Shown: positions 28,562 through 38,505, numbered from the stretch's first letter. The stretch is 64,000 nucleotides of DNA from an uncultured Verrucomicrobiae bacterium (GCA_963764165.1 CAVXRD010000001.1:544001-608000); one strand, 5' to 3'. Program-made: numbers and translations. Notes: generated from the letters alone by a model not told the origin.

Positions 28562-28589
28562 TGAACCAGAATCCGCGCATTTTGATTCA
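28562..28589 (-). other. Second recombinase site with inverted spacer: TGAACCAGAAT-CCGCGC-ATTTTGATTCA
   Basis: Near-identical arms; the spacer is the exact reverse complement of the spacer at 27911-27916. Confidence 0.75.
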
Positions 28590-28620
28590 CGGAAAGATAA
28601 CAAAAATAAGAAGAAAAAAT

Positions 28621-28845
28621 ATGACTATCCAAAAAATCATTGGGGAGAATGGCACGATGCCAGCGCTCTGTGGCCGGGGTTCCTGCCCGGCGGCAATTCT
28701 GGCGGAAAACGGGGATGTGTTTGTGCAGGGCTACGTACCTGCGCCCGACGAGGGCGCGGTGTTGACTGCGCCGACCGGCGAAAGTTTCGTGCGCATGCCG
28801 CGTGCGACGTTTGAGAAAATTGCCCGCCAGGTGCTGGCGGCGTGA
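28621..28845 (+). CDS. Small hypothetical protein with C-x4-CP and VQGY motifs
   Basis: 74-aa ORF from ATG after a purine-rich leader; overlaps the end of nothing coding. Confidence 0.6.
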   Translation: MTIQKIIGENGTMPALCGRGSCPAAILAENGDVFVQGYVPAPDEGAVLTAPTGESFVRMPRATFEKIARQVLAA

Positions 28846-28847
28846 AC

Positions 28848-29318
28848 TCATTCGATCTCCATTTGAGCCGCCGGTTGCGGCGGCTCAATTTTTCTCAACA
28901 ACTCATTTACGTGCTTTTGGAAAGACAGCGGATAAAAATGGCCTTTCTCGTGCCAATGCCGCCGCATGTTCTTCATGGTCATGAAGTCAACGAGATTGCG
29001 CTCAATGCTCTCTTTGAGTTCGGGCTGGGCCACTGTGCGCTGCATGTAGGTGAAACTGAGAGACAGTTGATTAAGCCAGAGTTGGAGATAGCGGGTTTGC
29101 CAAAGCGGATCAACATCGTCGTGGTCGTCAAGAATCTTGAACAGAACCGGGTGCGAAAATCCCAAGGCCATCAGTTCGCGATTGATGTCATAAAGTTTGA
29201 CGAGCGAGTCGGACTCGCGCTGACGATTGCCAACATGCAGTTGGAGCGCGACGAAAAACAAACCAACAAGCGATATGATGGTGGAAGCCAGCGAAATAAC
29301 ATGATCCCAAGGCAGCAT
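28848..29318 (-). CDS. Hypothetical protein with a single N-terminal TM
   Basis: Hydrophobic N-terminus followed by a helical domain; GGAGAGG upstream of MLPWD. Confidence 0.65.
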   Translation of the reverse strand: MLPWDHVISLASTIISLVGLFFVALQLHVGNRQRESDSLVKLYDINRELMALGFSHPVLFKILDDHDDVDPLWQTRYLQLWLNQLSLSFTYMQRTVAQPELKESIERNLVDFMTMKNMRRHWHEKGHFYPLSFQKHVNELLRKIEPPQPAAQMEIE

Positions 29319-29402
29319 GTGACCTCTCCCTTTGACAGGCAATTAAGCGGAAAGCGATTAATCCCATTTGGACTAATCGAATTTGGTTGTCAAGGTCGCG
29401 GG

Positions 29403-29702
29403 ATGGATTACTCACCTCGATACGGACAATTTCGGGCGACGCTGCGGCGCATTCGTGTCGAAGCAGGACTGAGCCAAACGGGACTTGCCGCGAAGCTCGG
29501 CAAATCGCAGACATTCGTTTCACGCTCGGAGCTTGGCGAGCGCCGGATTGATTTCATTTAGACGGTGGATTTTTGCGCAGGCTGCGGCGTTACGGTCGGC
29601 GATTTCATGACGCACCTGGCGAACGCCGCACCTCATTCACGGGGGCTGAAACGCAAAAGCCCGCGCCGCATGGACGCAATGGGAAGACTCACTGGCTTGT
29701 AA
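29403..29702 (+). pseudogene. XRE-family HTH regulator interrupted by an in-frame TAG at 29559
   Basis: LRRIRVEAGLSQTGLAAKLGKSQTFVSRSELGERRIDFI*TVDFCAGCGV continues in frame after the stop. Confidence 0.7.
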
Positions 29703-29879
29703 CCTGTGAATTTGACACTTAAACACGACATTCTTGCGGAGTGTGCTTCTGACAGCACAGCCATTTCCGGCTTGCGTTTTTTAGCATTGACATGCAGTCT
29801 TTTGAGTGTCGCAGCAGCCAGACGGTCCGCTGACAGTGTTTTAGCGACACGCGAATTTGTTTCGGCAATTGCCGTGAAT

Positions 29880-30722
29880 ATGAACATGGGAGGACGCCAA
29901 AGAGCTTTCACGCTCATTGAGTTGCTGGTGGTCATTACCATCATTGCAATACTGGCCGCGCTCCTGCTTCCGGTGCTTTCCAAGGCCAAACACAACGGTC
30001 AAGACGTCAAGTGTATCAATAATCTCAAGCAAATTTCGACGGGCGGGCTGATGTATCTTGACGAGTGTGGCCCTACGATTCTGGAAAGTGACACAAACGA
30101 AACCACTTACTGGCCGGAACGGTTGGCTCCATACGGAGTAACTACCAATCTGTTGCTTTGTCCGGTGACGCAGATCGTCCCCGTTACCGGGAATGGCGGT
30201 TACAATATAGGCACGGCTTCAGTGAGTTGGTCGTTTTGGCCTCCCCCATTTTCCACCCCGCTGAATGGCTCTTACAGCATGAACGGATGGTTTTTCTCCT
30301 ATGATACAGGCCCGGATAACGGTTGGGATTCACCCGCGCCGCCACCGGTGACCAGTAATCCGAGTTTTTCATTTCGCAATACTTCCGCAATCCAACGCCC
30401 GGCAGTAACACCGTTCTTTAACGATGCAATTGTCTGGGACGAGTGGCCCCTCGAAGTCGATGGGTCTGCGGCGGATTTGTCAACCGGGGCGGGGTTTAGC
30501 ATCTGGGGGATGCAACGCTGCACCATCTGGCGTCACGGCGGTAAAACCGCCACAACAATGACTCCCGTTACGGATTCCATGATACCGCCGATTTATCGGT
30601 TTCCTTCCTCGTCTGCGATAAACATTGGTTTCGCGGATGGGCATGCTCAGGCGGTGAGACTGAAAGACCTTTGGAACCAATATTGGCATTATAATTGGAA
30701 GCCGCCGGTCAATATGCAATAG
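29880..30722 (+). CDS. Prepilin-type N-terminal cleavage/methylation protein
   Basis: [33 protein letters not shown]. Confidence 0.9.
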   Translation: MNMGGRQRAFTLIELLVVITIIAILAALLLPVLSKAKHNGQDVKCINNLKQISTGGLMYLDECGPTILESDTNETTYWPERLAPYGVTTNLLLCPVTQIVPVTGNGGYNIGTASVSWSFWPPPFSTPLNGSYSMNGWFFSYDTGPDNGWDSPAPPPVTSNPSFSFRNTSAIQRPAVTPFFNDAIVWDEWPLEVDGSAADLSTGAGFSIWGMQRCTIWRHGGKTATTMTPVTDSMIPPIYRFPSSSAINIGFADGHAQAVRLKDLWNQYWHYNWKPPVNMQ

Positions 30723-30801
30723 CGCACGTTTTCCCCATGCAACAACCAACCACAAAAACCACCTGAATCTTCAACCAGGCATCAGGGCCTATCCCAGAAA
30801 G

Positions 30802-33800
30802 ATGCAGCCTATGCACAAGACACGTACATTGCTCGTTTTGACGTTCATATTCAGCGTTCTGCTTGCAGCGCGGAGTGCCCACGCTCAAACCCCGGATTGG
30901 GCTGACATGATTGAGGTGTCCGAACTTCCCACCAACGGGGTATTCTTTTCGATTCAGCTATATCCGTCGCCTCCGTGGCCCGCCGACCCATATCCTGATT
31001 TACCGCTCTACACCGACACCAATGTTTCAGGCGTTTACTGGTTTGATGATCGCACCGTCGATTACGGCGAGGCCCGCCATCGCCACCATCACCGGAGCAG
31101 TTCCGGCGGCGGCGTAATTATCGCGGACGATGAGGAGGGGCCGCCAGCCCCCGGTGGAACGAATACAGGCAGCGGCGGCGGCTCGCTTTATGTCCCGACG
31201 TTCACGCCGCCCGGCTTCGGATTTACAAACTGTGATACGTGGACGAATTTCTGGCTCGTGATGAGCCAGACCAACTCGACCACCAATCTTGCCATCGGTG
31301 CCATCTCCAATACGCTGCCCGGCTTGCAATACTGGTTGCTCGCGACAACCAATCTTGCCGATCCCCACTGGACGGTCATCCAGATGTTGACGGCGTCGAA
31401 TTCCTACACGCCGTTCTCGGTGACGACTGGCGGCAGCAATTGCCTGTTCTTGTGGGCGGTCTTAAACACGAACACTTCACCGCCCATCATTACCGTGCCC
31501 CCAACGAATCTCGTGGTTGCCGCAGGGAGTTCGGCCACATTCTCGGTGACGGCCACAGGCGTTCCCTCGGTGGGTTACCAGTGGTATTTCGACGGGACAA
31601 ACTTGCCCGGTGCGACCAGCAGCACGTTTACGATTCCCAGCGTTAGCGCTACGAATCTCGGCATTTACACCGTTTTCGTCACCAATGTGCTGTGTGAGGC
31701 AAGCGCCAGCGCCGGACTCGGCATGATTTGGTCCAATTACCTGGGCCCGATTGACGCCTCTGCGGCCATTGACCCCAAAGGAAACATTTACATCGCAAAC
31801 ATGAATAGCCAATTTTTCTCGCTGACTGCTGCGGGCGCCACCAACTGGACAGCGACTGTCATTACCGGGGCTAACTACAACGACCTGACTCCGTCGGCGA
31901 CATTTTCGCCGGACGGCAGCGCCATATACATCGGGACCCAGGATTCCTCGGGAGGTTATCTCGATGCGTTCAATCCGTCCACAGGTTCTCTGTTGTGGCA
32001 AGTGCCGCTGGGTGGCTGGGTTAGCTCAACCCCAGCCGTTGCGACAAATGGCTCTGTGTACGTGGTGGCCGAAAACAACACCACCAACGGGCTTTTTTCC
32101 ATCAACCCGCACACGACCAACATAAACTGGATCTTTTATACGGATTGGGGCGTGGAAGAAGGTATCGGTTCGGCTTCGTCCCCCGCCATTGGGCAGGACG
32201 GCACAGTTTATTTTACCGCGGCGTATAACGGGGGAGGACGGCTTTACGCTGTTAATCCAAGCGGGGGGCTTTCGTGGTTTTTCCCTTTCCCAGAAGGAGG
32301 CGCACCAGCCACATCCCCCGCCATCGACGCCGCCGGTAATATCGTTTTTGGCTCTGGCGATGGCTACGTTTACAACATCAGCCCCACGGGAACATTGCAG
32401 TGGCTATTTGACACAGGCTCGGCGCAGACTATCGCCTCATCTCCGGCGATTGGGCCAAACGGCTTAGTCGTGGTGGCGACGGAAGGAAATATGGTTTACG
32501 GGATCACGAATGGTGCCCAGGCTTGGGCATATACCGGTGACCAAGCTTTCATCTCGTCGCCTGCTATCGCAGCAGACGGAACTGTGGTTATTGGATGTGC
32601 CGATAACACCCTTTATGCAATCACCAATGGGGCCGTGAAATGGTCGTATACGACCGGGGGCTACATATTCTCCTCACCCGCCATCAGCCCGGTTTCGGGA
32701 GCAGTAGTGTTCGGTTCGGATGACGGTTATGTGTATTCGCTGTCCGGGGTGCCGGCGCTTGCAGACTCGGCGTGGCCCATGTTTCACAAAGCCCCAAATC
32801 ACAGCGGGGCGGCCCCGGCTACGTCGGAAGCGACGGGCGATTACCTTGCCGCGTTCCTCAACAGTCCGCAGATCAACACGAGCGCCTCACCGCCGTATTT
32901 TAGTTTCGATGTGAGCGGAACCCCAAACAGCGGATGGGAAATCTATTCCTCGACAAACTTAAGCAACTGGACCTCAATCGGCTCGGTCGTGCTTGATTCC
33001 TATGGCCTGTACTCTGGATTCCAAACCACAAATATTTCGGGCTTGACCAACTGTTATTTTGAGGCGCACGCCGGGGCCTTTTGTTCACCGATTGTGGGTT
33101 TTGCAAATGTCACCATTCCGGCGGGATCGAGTCTGATTGCAAATCCGTTTCAACAGGCGGATGATTCGCAGAACCCGCAAAATTCGGCTGCAGGCTGGTT
33201 CAAATTCTTACAGCAGAACTTAACCAATACTCCCGTTCTGCCGTATGGGTCAATCTTGACCGAATGGAACGGAGTAAATTTTGTCGGTGAAACGAACCTT
33301 GCGACTCAAGTCGGATGGTTTCCGAACGGGGACAACCTAATGGTACCCGGCCGCTCGGCGTTCTTCATAAATCCCACGAATTCGTTCAGCGTTCCTTTTG
33401 CGGGCTGGATGCCGCAGCAAACAATATCAAAATCCATCGTTGCCGGGGAAAATTACGTAAGCTCGCTGGTTGCGATTGCCGGGCATGTACAGACTGACCT
33501 GGGTTACAACCCGAACAGTGGCGACAAAGTGCTTTTGTGGAACGGAACCAACTTTACCACTAATACTTATACATATCCGACCGGCTGGTCGCCCTCTGAA
33601 CCGTACATCAAAATAGGCGAGGGTTTTGTAATCCTTGCCGTGCAGAGCAACATCTGGACAAAAACGCTCTCAACGTGCCCCGATACTTTCGTAGTCCCTG
33701 CAAATCCTCTTTGGACAGATTCAGGGGCCACGGTTGTGAGCAACAACCTCGTTATATTTGTTTCGACCAACACCTGGTCGGGCGAGAACGGGCAGTACTG

Positions 33801-34119
33801 GAATGCGAACGGCATTCCAGGCGGGGGAGACGGTACGGATGTATTTCTCACTGACACCATTGCCAATCAGTTCGCCTTAATCGCTTTTGTGGGGCCGAAT
33901 CCCTATTACGATACCAACGGCGTCAATCGCTGGGGTGACAACACCTATTTTCCGCGACCGGCAGGACAAGGCTATTTTCTTGTGGGAACCAATGGACAGT
34001 TTACGAGCGACCGCGCGGGAGAATTATGGTTTGGGATTAATGACGATGCCACTAGCAAAGCCATTGAGGATAATTTTGGTGCGCAATCCGGGCACCTCGT
34101 TATTACGAATGCGCCGTAG
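30802..34119 (+). CDS. Large secreted protein with Ig domain, PQQ-like beta-propeller and lectin-like C-terminus
   Basis: Signal peptide; ATFSVTATG..YQWY Ig motif; repeated SSPAI..DG.V motifs; terminal VPAN..WTDSG...GELWFGIND..DN.G. Confidence 0.8.
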   Translation: MQPMHKTRTLLVLTFIFSVLLAARSAHAQTPDWADMIEVSELPTNGVFFSIQLYPSPPWPADPYPDLPLYTDTNVSGVYWFDDRTVDYGEARHRHHHRSSSGGGVIIADDEEGPPAPGGTNTGSGGGSLYVPTFTPPGFGFTNCDTWTNFWLVMSQTNSTTNLAIGAISNTLPGLQYWLLATTNLADPHWTVIQMLTASNSYTPFSVTTGGSNCLFLWAVLNTNTSPPIITVPPTNLVVAAGSSATFSVTATGVPSVGYQWYFDGTNLPGATSSTFTIPSVSATNLGIYTVFVTNVLCEASASAGLGMIWSNYLGPIDASAAIDPKGNIYIANMNSQFFSLTAAGATNWTATVITGANYNDLTPSATFSPDGSAIYIGTQDSSGGYLDAFNPSTGSLLWQVPLGGWVSSTPAVATNGSVYVVAENNTTNGLFSINPHTTNINWIFYTDWGVEEGIGSASSPAIGQDGTVYFTAAYNGGGRLYAVNPSGGLSWFFPFPEGGAPATSPAIDAAGNIVFGSGDGYVYNISPTGTLQWLFDTGSAQTIASSPAIGPNGLVVVATEGNMVYGITNGAQAWAYTGDQAFISSPAIAADGTVVIGCADNTLYAITNGAVKWSYTTGGYIFSSPAISPVSGAVVFGSDDGYVYSLSGVPALADSAWPMFHKAPNHSGAAPATSEATGDYLAAFLNSPQINTSASPPYFSFDVSGTPNSGWEIYSSTNLSNWTSIGSVVLDSYGLYSGFQTTNISGLTNCYFEAHAGAFCSPIVGFANVTIPAGSSLIANPFQQADDSQNPQNSAAGWFKFLQQNLTNTPVLPYGSILTEWNGVNFVGETNLATQVGWFPNGDNLMVPGRSAFFINPTNSFSVPFAGWMPQQTISKSIVAGENYVSSLVAIAGHVQTDLGYNPNSGDKVLLWNGTNFTTNTYTYPTGWSPSEPYIKIGEGFVILAVQSNIWTKTLSTCPDTFVVPANPLWTDSGATVVSNNLVIFVSTNTWSGENGQYWNANGIPGGGDGTDVFLTDTIANQFALIAFVGPNPYYDTNGVNRWGDNTYFPRPAGQGYFLVGTNGQFTSDRAGELWFGINDDATSKAIEDNFGAQSGHLVITNAP

Positions 34120-34188
34120 TAAGGCGGTCGCTATTTCTTAAAATTACGGATCAACAGTTCAAAAGATTTAAGGCGTAAACGGTCAGAA

Positions 34189-35139
34189 CTATAATCCTTT
34201 TGCGCAGCGGAAGCCAAACCAGCCGCACTCGCCTTCGGGACCGGCGCAAGTGCGAGCTGCGCACCGCGCGGCATCGGCGTTGTTGCCCCAACCGCCGCCG
34301 CGTCTGACGCGTCCGAACTGGGGATTTAGCGCTCCGTGCGGATCGGTGCCTCCCAAATAAGGGCTGCCTTTCCCATACGGCGGCGGCGTAAGCCAATCCC
34401 AACACCACTCGGTAACATTCCCGGCCATGTCATAAAGCCCATAACCATTCGGCGCAAACGACCCCACCGGACTTGTATGGGGATTAAAATTCGACTGAGG
34501 CCCTTTCGTATACTTTGGGTCGAGGCCCCCGGGTCCCACGTCGTAGTTACTGAAGCCGCTGGGGTCCGATACGTAGTTAGCCTGTTTTCGCGAAATCTTG
34601 TCGCCCCACGGAAACCGCTTGCCGACCAAGCCGCCCCGTGCCGACTTTTCCCACTCCGCTTCGGTAGGCAACCTATACCCATTGGCCTCCCACTTCACAA
34701 ATGGCTTCCGCACTTCCCCATTCGTGTAAACCTTAGTCAAACCCGCGTCCGTGTAATATACCGGAACCAGACCTGCCTGTTGCGACCGCGCATTGCACCA
34801 CTTCACAGCGTCGAACCAATTAATTCTGCACACCGGATCTTTTGCCGTCTTGCCCAGACCGGCATTCACGAAACCGTATCCGTGGTTCGTCGCCCAATTA
34901 TAGACGGCCTGCCATTGACTGTAGCACACCAAGTTCACGTCCATGTAAAATGCCGACACGTTCACGCTAACGGGGATGGTGCGTGCTTCGTGATCCACAG
35001 TGTCTCCCATTGTAAATGTTCCCGCCGGAATTAGCGCCATGCCAGCGGGAACAACACCGGAAGCCGGTTGGGCTGAAGCGCGATGAACGACGGCAGTTAG
35101 CGCAAGCGCGATTAAGACATTGCATAATTTTGTTTTCAT
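34189..35139 (-). CDS. FGE-sulfatase/SUMF1 family protein
   Basis: IPAGTFTMG, YRLPTEAEWE, GLYDMAGNVTEWCWD, GFRC; signal peptide from MKTKL. Confidence 0.9.
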   Translation of the reverse strand: MKTKLCNVLIALALTAVVHRASAQPASGVVPAGMALIPAGTFTMGDTVDHEARTIPVSVNVSAFYMDVNLVCYSQWQAVYNWATNHGYGFVNAGLGKTAKDPVCRINWFDAVKWCNARSQQAGLVPVYYTDAGLTKVYTNGEVRKPFVKWEANGYRLPTEAEWEKSARGGLVGKRFPWGDKISRKQANYVSDPSGFSNYDVGPGGLDPKYTKGPQSNFNPHTSPVGSFAPNGYGLYDMAGNVTEWCWDWLTPPPYGKGSPYLGGTDPHGALNPQFGRVRRGGGWGNNADAARCAARTCAGPEGECGWFGFRCAKGL

Positions 35140-35205
35140 AATTTTGGTAAAAACCGATTCTTTCCACATCATGATTTGTCCCGTACGAATTTAATGACAA
35201 TCCGC

Positions 35206-36060
35206 TCAAGCCGGGTTATTCGGCTCATCCTTCGCCATATTGTCCGGTGGTGCCAGCGCAGCAGGCTTCTCTGGCGCAGGCGTCAGGTTCACTTGCACAA
35301 ACGGCTTTACTGGCTGCGGCTCTTTTGAAAGCCGTTCCGCCTCTTTGATGGCTGCACGGCGAATTTCGATCTGCCTGTGGATATCAAAAGCGACGCCGGT
35401 TGGTATGCCTGCTGTGTCCTGCAAGGTGCGCTCCTGCTGGGCTGGCTGCGACCCCGCAAAATGCTCGACTGTTTCACTCTGCACCTCGGCGGCGACCAGC
35501 CCGTCCAGAATATCAAGATCGCGGTCAAGCTGCTTCTCGTAAAGCGTCTGCTCGAAAATGAAAAGACAGAGCGCAGAGAATGCGAACCATCGCGCCAGAT
35601 ACATCGAAACGAACGAGCCAAAAAACATGGCAAAGATGAACACGGCAATGGGATCAAGAAAGCGGTAGATTCGGCGATGGGATTTCAGGATCGCGGGCAG
35701 CGGCAGGAGTTCCAGGTAAGACACGCCGGTTGAAAGCGTGTGCCAGCGTTCGCCCCGGCAAAGCTCCTTCCAGCGCAGGTAACGCTGGGAGAAGCCTGCT
35801 ATCATCAAAACCATCGGGAATTCCGTGAAGACAACCCCGGTCGATTTGACCAGCGGCAACATATTTACCATGTCATCGACGACCGAAAGAAAAAACGCCA
35901 TGCCAATGATGCGTGTTGGTTTGAGCATTCGGAAGCCGACTTTGCGTCGCATGAACACCATGATGGTGAGCGCCGGAAAAATCGCCAGATACTGGACGAT
36001 TTTCATTTTGTCGGCGATGGTGAGGTCTTCGTTGCGTTGGGATTGGGTTTGGGAGGGCAT
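35206..36060 (-). CDS. Hypothetical multi-TM protein
   Basis: 284-aa ORF with several hydrophobic segments. Confidence 0.7.
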   Translation of the reverse strand: MPSQTQSQRNEDLTIADKMKIVQYLAIFPALTIMVFMRRKVGFRMLKPTRIIGMAFFLSVVDDMVNMLPLVKSTGVVFTEFPMVLMIAGFSQRYLRWKELCRGERWHTLSTGVSYLELLPLPAILKSHRRIYRFLDPIAVFIFAMFFGSFVSMYLARWFAFSALCLFIFEQTLYEKQLDRDLDILDGLVAAEVQSETVEHFAGSQPAQQERTLQDTAGIPTGVAFDIHRQIEIRRAAIKEAERLSKEPQPVKPFVQVNLTPAPEKPAALAPPDNMAKDEPNNPA

Positions 36061-36067
36061 GGTTTAT

Positions 36068-36260
36068 TTACTTTTGGTTAAACGTGATGAGTTTATAGGG
36101 GAGCATTTCTTCCTTACCTGGGCTGCCTGTCGGAAACTGGTGGCCGCCATTGTAGACAATGGCCTGCACCTGAAATTTATGCGCTGCGCCTCCGCGTTTC
36201 AAAGTCGTGAACCGGGCCGGTTCGACAAAATACCGCCTTTGCTCACTGCGCGTAACGCCG
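36068..36260 (-). pseudogene. C-terminal gene remnant, possibly of a conjugative coupling protein
   Basis: Coding-like YFVEPARFTTLKRGG...VQAIVYNGG..F ends 7 bp before the next gene and has no credible start; the family call is from recall only. Confidence 0.4.
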
Positions 36261-36449
36261 GATGACTGGTTGCTTCCCTGCGGGTTGCTAGGGCAAGAGG
36301 GAGTGACGATGACCAAGCCGATCTATGGAGTTTACCACGGCAGATTTATTGAAATGCTGTTGACGCATTTTGATGACTCTTTCGCTTCTGTGGCGGCTAC
36401 TGCCCAGAAAGAAACCGCTGTCGACAGTTTTAAAGCTCGTGGGGACTGA
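36246..36449 (+). pseudogene. C-terminal remnant of a hypothetical gene
   Basis: VTPDDWLLPCGLLG...YHGRFIEMLLTHFD abuts the opposite-strand remnant. Confidence 0.4.
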
Positions 36450-36510
36450 CGGCTGAAACCATTTTCCTAGATCGGATTTTCACGGTTCGTCAGGATTCTA
36501 TGAAAGAAAA

Positions 36511-36909
36511 ATGGCAACGGAAATGATGGCAGCCCTCATCCACTGGCGCATTAAGCCAGATGAGAGCAGTAACGCAGCATTCCTTAAACACTGGAAGGCA
36601 AACAATGCAATTGGTGATCGAAGTGGCCTTATTGCAGAGTTCCTGAGCGACTCCCTTCCAATAGCTGATTTTCCGTATATCACTTGGCATTTGGACGGCG
36701 AATCTCTAGGGGATTTCAAATCGTATGTCACCATAGGTCTTTGGGCAGATGCCGAGGATTTTAAGGATGAAATTGCAAAATACTTTAACGATGGTAAGCC
36801 AATGCTCAAGTTTGAGAAATATCGGCGACGGCGCGTCGTGTTCAAGCCAATAGGGTGGAGAATTGGAAAGACATCGTTACCCAAAGGCGACTCCACGGGT
36901 GTAAAATAG
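36511..36909 (+). CDS. Hypothetical protein, possibly an ABM-like alpha/beta barrel
   Basis: 132-aa ORF with pattern WRIKP...FLKHWK...YVTIGLW. Confidence 0.6.
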   Translation: MATEMMAALIHWRIKPDESSNAAFLKHWKANNAIGDRSGLIAEFLSDSLPIADFPYITWHLDGESLGDFKSYVTIGLWADAEDFKDEIAKYFNDGKPMLKFEKYRRRRVVFKPIGWRIGKTSLPKGDSTGVK

Positions 36910-36989
36910 TCGGCGGAGAGTCTCAATTTATTGAGGTCGGCAAATCCGGGATACGTCAGTTAATTCGCTCGATCTTGTGCGATAAACAA

Positions 36990-37294
36990 GGGGTATAATT
37001 GGGGGTATATCCGTTCTCAAAGTTTAAAAATATCGTGGCATTTCAGTTTGATATACCGTTTTCGTGGTTACCGTAGGGGTCACCAAAACTTAATAAATTC
37101 TTGGTGATTGGAAGGTGCAAATAGGGCCAGCATCGTCCCAAAAGCGGCGTCAAAATTCTGTGTCACAGCCAATCTTGCGAATATCGGTCGGGTGTGTTTT
37201 CTCCAGTTTCATCCAAATTGCAATTATTGACAATCGGCCCGATTTTGGGGTATAATTTCTGTGTTTATACCCCACCGCAGGAGATTTATACCCC
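36990..37294. other. attP-like region: five GGGGTATA arm sites around the core CCGTAGGGGTCACCA
   Basis: Arm copies at 36990, 37002 and 37247 (direct) and 37266, 37287 (inverted); core at 37071-37085 ends in CCA. Confidence 0.7.
37227..37256 (+). promoter_or_regulatory. Sigma70 promoter of the integrase, TTGACA-18-TATAAT
   Basis: Perfect hexamers; the -10 overlaps the arm site at 37247. Confidence 0.75.
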
Positions 37295-37296
37295 TT

Positions 37297-38505
37297 ATGG
37301 CTCTCTCGGACGCAAAGGTGCGCAATGCCAAGGTCGGCCCCAAAAACTACAAGATCGCCGATGGCGAAGGGCTGTTCCTGCTCGTCCATACGAACGGCGG
37401 CAAATACTGGCGGATGAAGTATGTCTTTGCGGGCCGCGAAAAGACGCTCTCCCTTGGCGTTTACCCGGATGTGGGTTTGGGAGACGCCCGCGATAAGCGG
37501 GCCGCCGCCCGAAAGGCTCTTGCCGCTGGAATAGATCCTGGCGTGGCAAAGAAGGAAGCCAAGCGCGAAACCGTCTTAAAGGCGGCGAACTCGTTTGAAA
37601 CCGTGGCCCGCGAGTGGCTTGAAAAACAAAAGGGGCGATGGTCGGACGTCACGCAGACGATTCATCTCAACCGGTTGACAGCACACGCATTTCCGACGCT
37701 GGGGAGCCGCCCCATTGCAGACCTCAAAGCCAGCGAAGTGTTGACGATGCTGCGCGGTATCGAAACCCGGCAAACCTTGGAAACGGCGCACCGGGTCAAA
37801 CAGGATTGCAGCAAGATATTTAATTATGCCATCGCCACGACTCGGGCCGAGCACAATCCAGTGCCCACTTTGGAGGGAGCTTTGGCTGTGCCGGTCACTC
37901 AACACCACAAATACCTGAAAGAGGACGGGCTGCCGGACTTTTTCCAGCGGCTGGAAGCCGGTGATTTGGACGACCTGACCAAGCTGGCATTGCGCCTGAT
38001 TGTGCTGACTTTCGTGCGCAGCATCGAATTGCGCGGTGCCAAGTGGTCTGAATTTGACCTGGGTAAAGCCGCGCAATGGGTGATTCCGGCGGAACGCATG
38101 AAGATGAAAGAGGCGCATATTGTTCCTTTGGCGAGCCAGGCAGTCGCCATACTGCACGAATTGAAGGAATTGACCGGGGACGGGGCGTATGTGTTCCCCA
38201 ACCAGCACAACCCCGAATCCTTCATGAGCGACAATACTCTAATTTACGCCCTTTATCGCCTCGGCTACCGCTCACGGATAACCGTCCACGGTTTCCGTTC
38301 CACGGCGTCAACGATTCTCAATGAGAACGGCTTTATGCCGGATGTGATTGAAAGGCAACTCGCGCACAGCGAGCGCAACGAGGTGCGGGCCGCTTACAAT
38401 CACGCGCAATACCTGCCGGAGCGGCGCAAGATGATGCAGTGGTGGGCGGATTACCTTGACAAGGTTGCGGGCAAGAAAAAAGCGACGTGGCGGAGCAGGT
38501 CGTAG
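37297..38505 (+). CDS. P4-like integrase (arm-binding domain tyrosine recombinase), intact
   Basis: MALSDAKVRNAK..YKIADGEGL, TFVRSIELR, HGFRST, ERQLAH, AYNHAQYL. Confidence 0.95.
   Translation: MALSDAKVRNAKVGPKNYKIADGEGLFLLVHTNGGKYWRMKYVFAGREKTLSLGVYPDVGLGDARDKRAAARKALAAGIDPGVAKKEAKRETVLKAANSFETVAREWLEKQKGRWSDVTQTIHLNRLTAHAFPTLGSRPIADLKASEVLTMLRGIETRQTLETAHRVKQDCSKIFNYAIATTRAEHNPVPTLEGALAVPVTQHHKYLKEDGLPDFFQRLEAGDLDDLTKLALRLIVLTFVRSIELRGAKWSEFDLGKAAQWVIPAERMKMKEAHIVPLASQAVAILHELKELTGDGAYVFPNQHNPESFMSDNTLIYALYRLGYRSRITVHGFRSTASTILNENGFMPDVIERQLAHSERNEVRAAYNHAQYLPERRKMMQWWADYLDKVAGKKKATWRSRS

Noticed and set aside
28842..29561. 239-aa ORF ending in an HTH
   Set aside because: The first ~187 aa are the antisense shadow of 28848-29318; only the part from ATG 29403 looks real.
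29559..29561. Pyrrolysine or programmed read-through at the TAG
   Set aside because: No pyl genes are seen and TAG terminates other genes here (for example bamA and skp); a point mutation is simpler.
37040..37085. Possible tRNA gene ending in CCA
   Set aside because: No T-arm (GTTCRA) or cloverleaf upstream; treated as an att core only.
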